Shown piece after piece: positions 28,801 through 38,164 of a DNA stretch of 64,000 bases. The translations under genes and the position numbers were made by a program. Origin of the DNA: Candidatus Crickella caballi (GTDB taxonomy: Bacteria; Bacillota; Clostridia; Peptostreptococcales; Anaerovoracaceae). A model generated the notes under the pieces. That model ran no database searches. It saw only the letters and a list, made by a program, of their open reading frames with translations, and was not told where the DNA came from. Each line of letters opens with the position of its first letter. Positions within the stretch are counted from its first letter, which is position 1. The stretch spans positions 1,004 through 65,003 of the forward strand of contig JAGHUV010000028.1 in assembly GCA_018064665.1 (NCBI GenBank), given 5' to 3'.

Positions 28801-30060
28801 ATGTTTGACAGAAATGGAAATGATAACAGCAACTACAATCAGATGATTGTTGAGGAAATCAGAAAATCCTCTCCTACTATAGCAGATCTCGTTGAGAAGG
28901 AGTATCTGAGACAGAAGAATAACGTTGAGCTTATCGCTTCTGAGAACTATTGCTCTGAGGCTGTAATGGCTGCATGCGGCAGCTGCCTCTCATGGAAGTA
29001 TGCTGAAGGATATCCTTATGTAAGAACTTCCGGAAACAAGGGCAGATACTATGGCGGAACCAAGTATGTTGACGAACTGGAAGAGTACTGCTGTGATGCA
29101 TGGAGAAAGGTCTTCGACACTGATTATCATGTAAATGTACAGCCGCATTCAGGTTCACAGGCCAACTTTGCTGCATATAAGTCAATTCTTGAGCCGGGCG
29201 ATACTATCCTCGGACTTAACCTTGACAACGGCGGACACCTTACACACGGTTCAGCTGTAAACTTCAGCGGCAAGCTGTATGATGTTCATTTCTATGATGT
29301 TGACGAAAACGGATTCATCGACATGGAAGACCTGAAGGCCAAGGCTAAAGAACTTCAGCCAAAGCTGATTCTGACAGGTGCTTCAGCATACTCCCGTATT
29401 ATCGACTTCCCTGCTTTTGCAGAGGTTGCTAAGGAAGTCGGCGCATACTTTATGGTAGATATGGCTCATATTGCAGGACTCGTTGCTGCGGGAGAGCATC
29501 CATCACCATTCGGATATGCGGACATAGTTACAACAACAACACACAAAACTCTGAGAGGCCCTCGCGGCGGACTCATCTTCTGCAGACCTGAACTTGCCAA
29601 GAAGGTTGACTCTGCAGTATTCCCGTATGCACAGGGTGGTCCACTCGAGCACATTATTGCAGGAAAGGCTGTATGTGCCGAGGAAGCTATGAAGCCGGGA
29701 TTCAAGGAGTATCAGCATCAGGTTCGTCTGAATGCGGCTGCACTTGCGGATGAACTCGTTAAGCTCGGATACAACATCGTTACAGGAGGAACTGATAATC
29801 ATGTATTCCTGATCGATCTTTCGGATCATGAATTTACAGGTAAAGATCTGCAGATTGCATGTGATGATGCAGGAATTACACTGAACAAGAACTGCGTTCC
29901 TAATGAGAAAAGGAGCCCTATGCAGACTTCCGGAGTAAGAGTAGGGTCAGCTCCGATGACTACTCGCGGATACCTTGAGGATGACTTCCGCAAGGTTGCT
30001 CACAGAATAGATGAGGTTGTCAAGAAACTTGACGTAGAGAAGGCATCAGAGGTAAAATAA
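28801..30060 (+). CDS. glyA: Serine hydroxymethyltransferase
   Basis: ELIASENY and PLP-lysine motif TTTTHKTLRGPRGG. Confidence 0.96.
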   Translation: MFDRNGNDNSNYNQMIVEEIRKSSPTIADLVEKEYLRQKNNVELIASENYCSEAVMAACGSCLSWKYAEGYPYVRTSGNKGRYYGGTKYVDELEEYCCDAWRKVFDTDYHVNVQPHSGSQANFAAYKSILEPGDTILGLNLDNGGHLTHGSAVNFSGKLYDVHFYDVDENGFIDMEDLKAKAKELQPKLILTGASAYSRIIDFPAFAEVAKEVGAYFMVDMAHIAGLVAAGEHPSPFGYADIVTTTTHKTLRGPRGGLIFCRPELAKKVDSAVFPYAQGGPLEHIIAGKAVCAEEAMKPGFKEYQHQVRLNAAALADELVKLGYNIVTGGTDNHVFLIDLSDHEFTGKDLQIACDDAGITLNKNCVPNEKRSPMQTSGVRVGSAPMTTRGYLEDDFRKVAHRIDEVVKKLDVEKASEVK

Positions 30061-30087
30061 CAGAAACACAGTAGGAGGAATAGACAC

Positions 30088-30510
30088 ATGGTCAAGTTAC
30101 TAATCGGACATAAGGGAAGTGGTAAGACTAAGAGGATGATTGAGATTGCCAATGAAACCGTAGAGTCAGCAAAGGGCAGCATCGTATTCATCAACAAGAA
30201 TGCAAGGCTTATCTACGATCTCGATTACAAGATTCGCGTTGTATGTATGGAGGATTTCCCACACATCACTAACGAGGATGAGTATATCGGCTTTATGTTC
30301 GGAATAATCAGCTCGGATAATGATATCGAGACTATGTTCCTTGACGGAGTAATGAGACACAGAGATTTCGATCTGGAGGTTCTTCCAAGCTTTATTGAGA
30401 AGATCAAGACAATCTCCAAGGAGTCAGGCATTGATTTCGTAATCAGTGTAAGTGCTGAGCTCGAGGAGATGATCGGAGTTAATTTCGACGATATGGAAGT
30501 TCTCAACTAA
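30088..30510 (+). CDS. Mini P-loop NTPase-like protein of unknown function
   Basis: 140 aa. Walker A GHKGSGKT at aa 7-14 and Walker-B-like IETMFLDG. RBS GGAGGA upstream. Confidence 0.6.
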   Translation: MVKLLIGHKGSGKTKRMIEIANETVESAKGSIVFINKNARLIYDLDYKIRVVCMEDFPHITNEDEYIGFMFGIISSDNDIETMFLDGVMRHRDFDLEVLPSFIEKIKTISKESGIDFVISVSAELEEMIGVNFDDMEVLN

Positions 30511-30523
30511 TAATGACATGCTG

Positions 30524-30560
30524 TGCCCTGAGCGGTAGGCTCGGGGCATAACTATTTTTT
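30524..30560 (+). terminator. Possible terminator/attenuator hairpin
   Basis: 10-bp stem TGCCCTGAGC/GCTCGGGGCA. The T6 run starts 6 nt after the stem, which is weaker than canonical. Confidence 0.5.
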
Positions 30561-30566
30561 GAAAAT

Positions 30567-31922
30567 ATGAGTACAATATCAGACATACTGGCAGGAATAG
30601 AAGCCGGAAGAAAACAGTTCGAATATCTTATGAGTGAAGAGGCGCAGGAAGCCTCAGATTTTGAGTACAGTGAGAAACATATTTATTATGACTCCTGGTC
30701 AGAAGCAGGGACGAAATCCTCTGAAAATGGAAATGAGCTTGTTCTGGGAGACAATTTAAAATACATGCGACGTCTGATCAGACTGGGGTACAGCGGCAGA
30801 TTCAGACTCCTGTACCTGGATCCACCTTTCTTTACTAAGGCCAAGTACAACGCAACTGTTGATGTAAGAGATAATGAGGGCAAACTCCACAAGGTCCATC
30901 ATCTGGCTTACGATGATACTTTTGACCGCAATCTCGAGTATTATGTCGAGAACATGACAACAAGACTTCTTCTGATGAAGGAGCTGCTTGCCGATGACGG
31001 AACAATATGGATACATCTCGACTGGCATTCCAGTCACTATATCAAGCTCATAATGGATGAGCTTATGGGCGAGAAGAACTTCATTAATGAAATCATATGG
31101 AGCTATAAATCCGGCGGATCGGGGAAAAGACATTTTGCACGTAAGCATGACACAATTCTCGTATACAGCAAGACGGGTAAATACTATCTTGATGTACCGA
31201 CAGAGAAATCATACAACAGAGGATATAAACCATATCACTTTAAAGGTGTTGAGGAATATGTAGACGAAGTAGGATGGTATACGCTTGTAAATATGAAGGA
31301 TGTCTGGACTGTTGATATGGTGGGCAGGACCAGTGCTGAACGTACGGGATATGCAACACAGAAGCCTCTGAATCTGATGAAAAGAATCATCAATGCGGCA
31401 TCAGAACCGGGCGACCTGGTGGGAGATTTCTTTGGCGGCAGCGGAAGCTTTCTTGAGGCAGCGGAACAGCTCGAAAGATCCTGGATCGGATGCGACATAG
31501 AGGAGCTTGCCACTGCTTTGACCAAGAAAAGACTTGACCTTATAGAGGCAAACTACACCTACAGAGCTGAGGATACTATGACCTTAAGACTCGGTAAAGT
31601 AGGTCTGAAGCTCAAGCAGAAGGATGAGCTCGAGAACGGAAAATGCCTGTTCAACTATTCCATCATTAGCTTTGAACCGGATATTGAAATAGGGTATATA
31701 CAGATAAATGACAGGAAATTTATACAGGATGCACTCACAAACGACACAATGCAGCTTGTTGATTATGTTATGATTGACCCGGATTACAGGGGAGCATTCA
31801 AATGTGAGATCGTAGCGGAAAAAGACTTCGACAATATCAGATTCCTTTCTCGCGGCAATGCTGCACTCATAGTAGTTGATGTTTTCGGAAAAGAATATTT
31901 TGTGAGGACGGATAATGAGTAA
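30567..31922 (+). CDS. Beta-class DNA methyltransferase (probably N6-adenine) with unknown ~125-aa C-terminal domain
   Basis: Motif IV LLYLDPPFF (about nt 30818) precedes motif I GDLVGDFFGGSGSF (about nt 31420), giving the beta permutation. aa ~325-451 have no motif I recognise. Confidence 0.85.
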   Translation: MSTISDILAGIEAGRKQFEYLMSEEAQEASDFEYSEKHIYYDSWSEAGTKSSENGNELVLGDNLKYMRRLIRLGYSGRFRLLYLDPPFFTKAKYNATVDVRDNEGKLHKVHHLAYDDTFDRNLEYYVENMTTRLLLMKELLADDGTIWIHLDWHSSHYIKLIMDELMGEKNFINEIIWSYKSGGSGKRHFARKHDTILVYSKTGKYYLDVPTEKSYNRGYKPYHFKGVEEYVDEVGWYTLVNMKDVWTVDMVGRTSAERTGYATQKPLNLMKRIINAASEPGDLVGDFFGGSGSFLEAAEQLERSWIGCDIEELATALTKKRLDLIEANYTYRAEDTMTLRLGKVGLKLKQKDELENGKCLFNYSIISFEPDIEIGYIQINDRKFIQDALTNDTMQLVDYVMIDPDYRGAFKCEIVAEKDFDNIRFLSRGNAALIVVDVFGKEYFVRTDNE

Positions 31923-32865
31923 GAAAAAGACAATTGAACAGGAAATAAAGAAGGCCAATGACAAGGCCGCAGCTGATCCTAAATATCATGGCAAGTCCAA
32001 GCTGGAGGTCAAGACCACTGAGCTTATGCTTGCTCTTTTTGGTGCACTCATATATTCGTTTGCAACAATATGCGTAATGATACCTAACGGTCTTACCTGC
32101 GGAGGGACCTCCGGACTGGCAAGAATGGTACAGCACTATACCGGCTGGAACTTCTCACTGATTTCGTACAGCTTTGCGGCAGTTATCATTGCAATAATAT
32201 GGCTGACTCTCGGATTTAAGGAGGTACGCAAAATAGTACTGATGTCTGTTGCTTATCCTACAATGTATGCGCTGTTTGAGCTTACACATTACGAGATCAA
32301 GAGTGATGACAAGCTGCTTATGGCAGTGCTTTGTGGAGTGTGCTTCGGAATATGCAATGGTCTTACTTTCAAAGCAGGATATTCCAGCGGAGGTGCGGAT
32401 TCTATCGCCAAGGTCGTCAAATATAAGAAGATTCCGCATGTAGGATTGAATGACATCACATTCGTTATAAGTGCCGGAATCGTAGTGATCAGTGCATTCG
32501 TCTTCGGAGTAAATATCGCGCTTTATGCGATGATTACTATGTTTATCTCGATGAAGATCGGAGACGCGGTTATGTACGGCTCCAACGATAAGCTTGTTCA
32601 GCTCGATGTTATGACGGATGTTCCTGAACTGCTTTGTGACTATGTAATGCATGAGCTCGGAAGAGGAGTAACCAGTGTTGAGAAGGTGGGAGAGTATACC
32701 AAAGAGACACGCAAGCAGCTTCAGATCCTCTGCTCGCCGCGTGAATCTTTTCTCATCAAGAGATTCCTCGCCAACAAAGATCCAAGGTCCTTTGTGACGG
32801 TACTGAGAGTAAGCTCTGTATGGGGTATAGGAAGAGGCTTTGAGGATATAAATGAAATTGATTAG
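31915..32865 (+). CDS. YitT family membrane protein (DUF2179 C-terminal domain)
   Basis: 5-6 hydrophobic helices, GGTSG motif, soluble C-terminal domain. The start overlaps the methyltransferase stop by 8 nt. Confidence 0.8.
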   Translation: MSKKKTIEQEIKKANDKAAADPKYHGKSKLEVKTTELMLALFGALIYSFATICVMIPNGLTCGGTSGLARMVQHYTGWNFSLISYSFAAVIIAIIWLTLGFKEVRKIVLMSVAYPTMYALFELTHYEIKSDDKLLMAVLCGVCFGICNGLTFKAGYSSGGADSIAKVVKYKKIPHVGLNDITFVISAGIVVISAFVFGVNIALYAMITMFISMKIGDAVMYGSNDKLVQLDVMTDVPELLCDYVMHELGRGVTSVEKVGEYTKETRKQLQILCSPRESFLIKRFLANKDPRSFVTVLRVSSVWGIGRGFEDINEID

Positions 32866-32871
32866 TGATAG

Positions 32872-33879
32872 CTATCGAATCAATTCATCATATTTAAGAA
32901 CGGTTTTTTCAGCCAGAAGGTTGATGGTTCTCGGATTGAGAATGAGATAATTACCAATAAGCTCGGAATCAGATTCAATATCTATTCCGAGTTTTTTGAT
33001 GTCTGCATAGAATTCATTGTTGTGACTTTCAACCGGAACCTCGATTTCAAAGCCCGATGTGGAAGCGTTAAATACCGCAGTAATCGGATTATCTATATCC
33101 GGAAAGAAAGCAGCCGAAACAGAATCGCCGATCTGGTCACCGGTTATTTTAAGTGTGGATCTGTTCGGGTTAAGACATGCTCTTACGGAATAGCGGCCAT
33201 TGCCTACAGGAAAACCGTAAGTCGCTATAGCACTGTGAAAATCGGCTGTCTTCAATATATCTTCAAAATCTGATGCCCCCGAAAGCTTGAGCAGCTTATA
33301 CAGCTGAATGACATCCTCGCGATTGTGTGTGAGAATAAGCTTCTCGATAACAGGATTGCCGTTAAGTGCATACTCATCGAACAAAGCGACACTTTCCTTG
33401 CCGTTAATAGTGTCCTCTCTGTCAGACGCAATACCCCAGAAACGCTCAATCGAAGCCTGACTCAGTGAATCGAGCTTGCTCGGAAGGGTGCTTAGTTTGC
33501 GAAGGAATCTGTACAGGTCAAAATCGTAGATTTTAAGACTGTCATTCAAGAAATCAGCCTGAAGCCTTGTCTGAATGAAAGGGACATCATAGCGAAGTCC
33601 GTTGAAGGTTATAATGTAATCGATGCCCTCATCTTTGAGGAAATCCATTGTTGCTTGAAGAACCTTGTATTCCTCATAGTGGTTTTCAGCCAGGAACTGA
33701 GTAACCCTGATGCCGGTCTCTGTCTCTGTCAGAAGACCCATAAGAATCAGCTTGCATCGCTTAGGGTCCAGACCGGTAGCTTCTATATCCAGAACGCATG
33801 GTTTCAGCGTATTAAAATATTCGCCCCAGAGGGGCGAATTATAATGCTCTATTCTGTAATCGTTAGTAAAAACCTTCAT
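32872..33879 (-). CDS. RNase H-like (YprB/PolB-exonuclease-like) domain protein
   Basis: Exo I motif CVLDIEATGLD near the N-terminus, FNGLRYDVPF, THNREDV. 335 aa with an unassigned ~120-aa C-terminal part. Confidence 0.7.
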   Translation of the reverse strand: MKVFTNDYRIEHYNSPLWGEYFNTLKPCVLDIEATGLDPKRCKLILMGLLTETETGIRVTQFLAENHYEEYKVLQATMDFLKDEGIDYIITFNGLRYDVPFIQTRLQADFLNDSLKIYDFDLYRFLRKLSTLPSKLDSLSQASIERFWGIASDREDTINGKESVALFDEYALNGNPVIEKLILTHNREDVIQLYKLLKLSGASDFEDILKTADFHSAIATYGFPVGNGRYSVRACLNPNRSTLKITGDQIGDSVSAAFFPDIDNPITAVFNASTSGFEIEVPVESHNNEFYADIKKLGIDIESDSELIGNYLILNPRTINLLAEKTVLKYDELIR

Positions 33880-33881
33880 GA

Positions 33882-34973
33882 TTATACGTTGAAGAGGAAG
33901 TGGACAACGTCTCCGTCTTTCACTTCATACTCCTTGCCCTCAGAACGAAGCCATCCATGCTCTTTGGCTGCGGAGAGCTTACCTTCACATTCCATCAGCT
34001 TGTCATATGCAATTGTCTCTGCGCGAATGAAGCCCTTCTCAAAGTCTGTATGGATCTTGCCTGCTGCCTGTGGTGCGAGAGTTCCGCGTCGTATCGTCCA
34101 TGCTCTTGTCTCGTCTTCTCCTGTTGTGAGGAAGGAGATGAGGTTAAGAAGCGCATAGGAGGACTTGATAAGCTTATCCAGACCTGCTTCTTCAATTCCC
34201 ATATCCTCAAGGAACATGGCGCGTTCTTCATCGTCGAGCTCAGCAAGCTCAGCTTCGATCTTCGCACAGATAACAACGACCTCGGAGCCTTCCTGTGCTG
34301 CATATTCTCTGACCTGAGCAACATATTCGTTGTCGCCTGCAGCGGCATCGTCCTCGGACACGTTAGCTGCATAGATCACAGGCTTGAAGGTGAGGAGATC
34401 AAGTGTCTTAACAAATGATGCTTCCTTCTCATCGAGATCAAGCTTTCTTGCAACATTGCCGTCTGCCAGGCCGTCATAGACCTTTCTTAGAACAGCAAGC
34501 TCGGCATTTGCGGATTTGTCAGCCTTGGCAACCTTCTCGGTCTTCTGAATACGGCGTTCAAGAACCTCCATATCTGCAATGATGAGCTCCATATTGATGG
34601 TTTCGATATCATTGATCGGATCAACTCTGCCATCTACATGAACAACGTTGTCATCGTCAAAGCATCTTACTACGTGTACTATTGCTTCAACCTCTCTGAT
34701 ATGGCCCAGAAACTTATTTCCGAGACCTTCGCCCCTGGAAGCTCCTTTTACAAGACCTGCGATATCACTGAATTCGATGGTTGTGTATATCGTTTTCTTT
34801 GAATTGTAGATCCGGGAAAGATTGGTAACTCGTTCGTCAGGAACGGTTACGACACCTACGTTAGGCTCGATGGTGCAGAACGGATAGTTTGCCGCCTCTG
34901 CGCCTGCTTTGGTGATAGCATTGAAGAGTGTGCTTTTGCCTACGTTAGGCAGTCCGACGATTCCTAATTTCAT
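33882..34973 (-). CDS. ychF: Redox-regulated ribosome-binding ATPase YchF
   Basis: GIVGLPNVGKSTLFNA, NYPFCTIEPN, C-terminal TGS-like KDGDVVHFLFNV. Confidence 0.96.
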   Translation of the reverse strand: MKLGIVGLPNVGKSTLFNAITKAGAEAANYPFCTIEPNVGVVTVPDERVTNLSRIYNSKKTIYTTIEFSDIAGLVKGASRGEGLGNKFLGHIREVEAIVHVVRCFDDDNVVHVDGRVDPINDIETINMELIIADMEVLERRIQKTEKVAKADKSANAELAVLRKVYDGLADGNVARKLDLDEKEASFVKTLDLLTFKPVIYAANVSEDDAAAGDNEYVAQVREYAAQEGSEVVVICAKIEAELAELDDEERAMFLEDMGIEEAGLDKLIKSSYALLNLISFLTTGEDETRAWTIRRGTLAPQAAGKIHTDFEKGFIRAETIAYDKLMECEGKLSAAKEHGWLRSEGKEYEVKDGDVVHFLFNV

Positions 34974-35725
34974 TATTTTGACTCCTTTAATGGATATTTC
35001 TTTCTAAAGAAATTATACAATATTATACATGTGATTATAACCACCAAGCTGAGGACCTGCGCCTGCTTGAACGGTCCTATCATGAGACTGTCCGTACGCA
35101 GTGCCTCGACAGCAAATCTTTCAACGGAATACAGTGCACCGTACAGGCAAAGTATCTGACCGCTGAAGCTGTGCCTGTTACTGATCCACCATGACAGGAG
35201 GATGAAGAGCAGGAGACACCATATGGACTCGTACAGAAATGTAGGATGAACCTTCATCCCGTCTACCCATATACCCCAAGGCAGATCCGTCGGACCTCCG
35301 TGAGCTTCTCCATTGAAGAAGTTTCCCCAGCGACCGATCGCCTGTCCGAGCGGCAGTGCAGACATAATAAGATCCAGCATATTAAGTGTGCTGATTTTCT
35401 TGTGCCTGCATACAAGAATAACGGTAACTATCGCAAAGATGATACCACCATGAATCGCGAGTCCGCCGTTCCTTATGTTGAGAGCCTGTCCAAGCGTGTG
35501 ATACATGCTGTGATTAAACAGTACATAGTACGCTCTTGCACCGATAACACCTATCGGAAGCATCCATATGCAGGTATCCAGCAAATCGTCTTCGGAGATG
35601 CCGTGTTTAGGTGCTCTCCTTGTTAAAATAAGCATACATAAACACATGGCTGCAGCGATCAAAACGCCGTACCATCTTATTTCCAGGCCTGCTATTGTGA
35701 ATGCAATTGGGTTAGGTTGTCTCAT
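34973..35725 (-). CDS. lgt: Prolipoprotein diacylglyceryl transferase
   Basis: RWYGVL, GGLAIHGG, GRWGNFFNGEAHG. The ORF track begins at 35767, which would overlap the tRNA promoter, so ATG 35725 is preferred. Confidence 0.9.
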   Translation of the reverse strand: MRQPNPIAFTIAGLEIRWYGVLIAAAMCLCMLILTRRAPKHGISEDDLLDTCIWMLPIGVIGARAYYVLFNHSMYHTLGQALNIRNGGLAIHGGIIFAIVTVILVCRHKKISTLNMLDLIMSALPLGQAIGRWGNFFNGEAHGGPTDLPWGIWVDGMKVHPTFLYESIWCLLLFILLSWWISNRHSFSGQILCLYGALYSVERFAVEALRTDSLMIGPFKQAQVLSLVVIITCIILYNFFRKKYPLKESK

Positions 35726-35760
35726 ATGTGTAGAGTATAACATAAATTTATAGGAATTTG

Positions 35761-35792
35761 TTGACAAGAGTAAGTTATTTTGCTAATATAAT
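35761..35792 (+). promoter_or_regulatory. Promoter of the tRNA operon
   Basis: TTGACA 35761-35766, 17-nt spacer ending TGC, TAATAT/TATAAT at 35784-35792. Confidence 0.65.
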
Positions 35793-35825
35793 CAAGCGCG
35801 ACTTAAGAAAGTCTGTATATTATGT

Positions 35826-35902
35826 GGCGGCGTAGCTTAGCTGGCTAGAGCGTCCGGTTCATACCCGGAAGGTCATTGGTTCAAGTCCAATCGCCGCTAC
35901 CA
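35826..35902 (+). tRNA. tRNA-Met (CAT)
   Basis: Cloverleaf read by hand. Acceptor GGCGGCG/CGCCGCT, anticodon loop TTCATAC, GGTTCAAGTCC T-arm, encoded CCA. Confidence 0.85.
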
Positions 35903-35907
35903 AGTAT

Positions 35908-35983
35908 GGGCGCTTAGCTCAGCTGGGAGAGCACCTGCCTTACAAGCAGGGGGTCATAGGTTCGAGCCCTATAGCGCCCACCA
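35908..35983 (+). tRNA. tRNA-Val (TAC)
   Basis: Acceptor GGGCGCT/AGCGCCC, anticodon stem CCTGC/GCAGG with loop CTTACAA, encoded CCA. Confidence 0.88.
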
Positions 35984-35988
35984 GTCGC

Positions 35989-36065
35989 GGCCGGGTAGTT
36001 CAGTTGGTTAGAATGCCAGCCTGTCACGCTGGAGGTCGGCGGTTCGAGCCCGTTCCCGGTCGCCA
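35989..36065 (+). tRNA. tRNA-Asp (GTC)
   Basis: Acceptor GGCCGGG/CCCGGTC, anticodon loop CTGTCAC, encoded CCA. Confidence 0.88.
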
Positions 36066-36082
36066 CTTTTTCAGGAGAATAT

Positions 36083-36159
36083 GGTGGGTGTCGTCAAGTG
36101 GTTAAGACCCTGGGTTGTGGCTCCAGTATTCGTGGGTTCGAATCCCACCATCCACCCCA
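36083..36159 (+). tRNA. tRNA-His (GTG) with genomically encoded G-1
   Basis: An extra 5' G opposite discriminator C, acceptor GTGGGTG/CATCCAC, anticodon loop TTGTGGC, encoded CCA. Confidence 0.88.
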
Positions 36160-36208
36160 ATTTTCTCTTTTACATTTGAATATGATGTGCTATAATTACA
36201 CATGCTGA

Positions 36209-36283
36209 TGGGGTATAGCCAAGCGGTAAGGCAACGGATTCTGATTCCGTCATTCGCAGGTTCGAATCCTGCTACCCTAGCCA
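36209..36283 (+). tRNA. tRNA-Gln (CTG)
   Basis: Acceptor TGGGGTA/TACCCTA, anticodon stem ACGGA/TCCGT with loop TTCTGAT, encoded CCA. Confidence 0.85.
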
Positions 36284-36317
36284 AGAGAATGCGCCGGTCT
36301 AGTGCCGGCGCAAATAC

Positions 36318-36391
<74 letters not shown>

Positions 36392-36401
36392 CCTAAGTAT
36401 T

Positions 36402-36434
36402 AAGAGCTGATACGATGTATATCAGCTCTTTTTC
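36402..36434 (+). terminator. Rho-independent terminator of the tRNA operon
   Basis: AAGAGCTGATA ... TATCAGCTCTT stem followed by a T-run. Confidence 0.8.
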
Positions 36435-36503
36435 TTTTGCTAAGGTTGTTTCTAATAAACTGTCCAAAGCAGCCTTCTTCCCGACATATCTGTTCTTATA
36501 TTC

Positions 36504-37940
36504 CTATATGTAACGATTTGAGAAAAAGTCCACGAAGGCGCTGACAATATTTCTTTCCGTTATAAGGAATACCGCTTTAGGATCCGTTTTTCTGGCCATG
36601 ACGATACCGACATCATCCTTGACATAAAGTAATATGTTGTCAGGCATGTTATCAGAGAAATGAAGATGCAGGTTGCGATATTCCTTTTCGAGTGCACGAA
36701 GGTGGTCAAGATGCGAGAGATATTGTTCTCGCGTATATGTTTTATTTTTCTGAAACAGGATATCGCCCTCCGGTATATTCAATTTATCAGATTTCATCAA
36801 GATGCTATGCGGATCCTGAAGAAATAATGAAACAGATCCATCGAAAGGATGATCGAGTAGCAAAGCCTTTCTGATGTTATGGAACGCATTCAATGTGCTG
36901 CTTTCTTCATGATCGAACAGGACAGGGATAAGCTTCTCCGGCATTGTAGCTGCAGGAGGTGTAGCACAACAGAAAAACACATCACCCTCCGAAGTACATA
37001 TTTGTTCAAAACGATGACGAAAAGCAGGAAAATCTTTTTCGCTGAAAATCTGCATCATCGGACGACATATTGACATATATCTTTCAAATTCAACACATAG
37101 TGCATGAATCGCAGACGGGTCCGTCAGGAAGAGATTCAGCATTTCGGAGGTGTCATGACTTACAGAATCGGAAGTGACAGCCGCAGTTTTAGGAGCTATA
37201 AACAGAGTTCTCTGATATATGCCGTCTCGAAGGCGTGGGTAGAAGTATGGCTCGACCATTCCGGTCATATATATTGGAAGCCACTTGCTGACAGCCTCAA
37301 TCATCTCATTGATATCACGGGAAATTGTATGAATGATACGTACTCGGTTGCCTGCAGCGATAATTCTGGTGAAAAGATCTGTCCAGCGTGCTGTAAACCT
37401 TTCATCTTCATAAAGCCACGCCATATTTTCATCAGAGAATAGAAGGAGCGTCTGCGGAGACTCCTCCTGCAGCACACTAAGAAAGAACTGCTCTACTGCT
37501 TTACGTTTTCCTTCATTTCCGTAAAATAAAGGGCCTGATTCAAGTGGCGGTATGGAAGAATTTATATTTGCGGATGGTGAAGGCTGATCAGCCTCCAGCC
37601 TGGAAAGCATGGATAGGATGCGGTCTGCTGTGTCCGACGTGCCTGCATCTGCTCCTAATATCCATTTCTCCAGCTGCGCAATCACAATCTCCGGATATTT
37701 GAAAGTATCAGAATCTATTTGGATCAGCTGACAGAGTGCATCCCGCTGATAATCTTTACGGATATGGTTCACCAGGTATCTGCAAATAGGACGGATATAG
37801 TCGTGGCTTTTCGGAAGAGGCCTTGAACCGGAGCGCAGTCGCCCGATATATGAAGGACTGAGATGAACATCTCTTCCCAACATGCTGTTGGATACTTCTG
37901 CAATATTCATTAATGTGTCAAATCGATCGGAAAACTTCAT
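36504..37940 (-). CDS. XRE-type HTH protein with large uncharacterised C-terminal region
   Basis: N-terminus IAEVSNSMLGRDVHLSPSYIGRLRSGSR (HTH). The remaining ~410 aa have no motif I recognise. 478 aa. Confidence 0.65.
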   Translation of the reverse strand: MKFSDRFDTLMNIAEVSNSMLGRDVHLSPSYIGRLRSGSRPLPKSHDYIRPICRYLVNHIRKDYQRDALCQLIQIDSDTFKYPEIVIAQLEKWILGADAGTSDTADRILSMLSRLEADQPSPSANINSSIPPLESGPLFYGNEGKRKAVEQFFLSVLQEESPQTLLLFSDENMAWLYEDERFTARWTDLFTRIIAAGNRVRIIHTISRDINEMIEAVSKWLPIYMTGMVEPYFYPRLRDGIYQRTLFIAPKTAAVTSDSVSHDTSEMLNLFLTDPSAIHALCVEFERYMSICRPMMQIFSEKDFPAFRHRFEQICTSEGDVFFCCATPPAATMPEKLIPVLFDHEESSTLNAFHNIRKALLLDHPFDGSVSLFLQDPHSILMKSDKLNIPEGDILFQKNKTYTREQYLSHLDHLRALEKEYRNLHLHFSDNMPDNILLYVKDDVGIVMARKTDPKAVFLITERNIVSAFVDFFSNRYI

Positions 37941-38164
37941 GACAGCATCTCCTTATATATATATGCAATGTTAATTCGTGTAGTATTATACCATGCAGAA
38001 AAAGGAAATAAGCTGATTTTGGCACAAGTTGTGACAAAAAATACAAAAATGGCAAGACATTTATTTGACGACCTATTGCAAGTGTACATTAATATCAGAA
38101 TAATCAAATTAGAATAAAGGGAGTTTAAAGGTGCGCCGGCAGGCGAAAGGAGAGGAGGAAGAAA

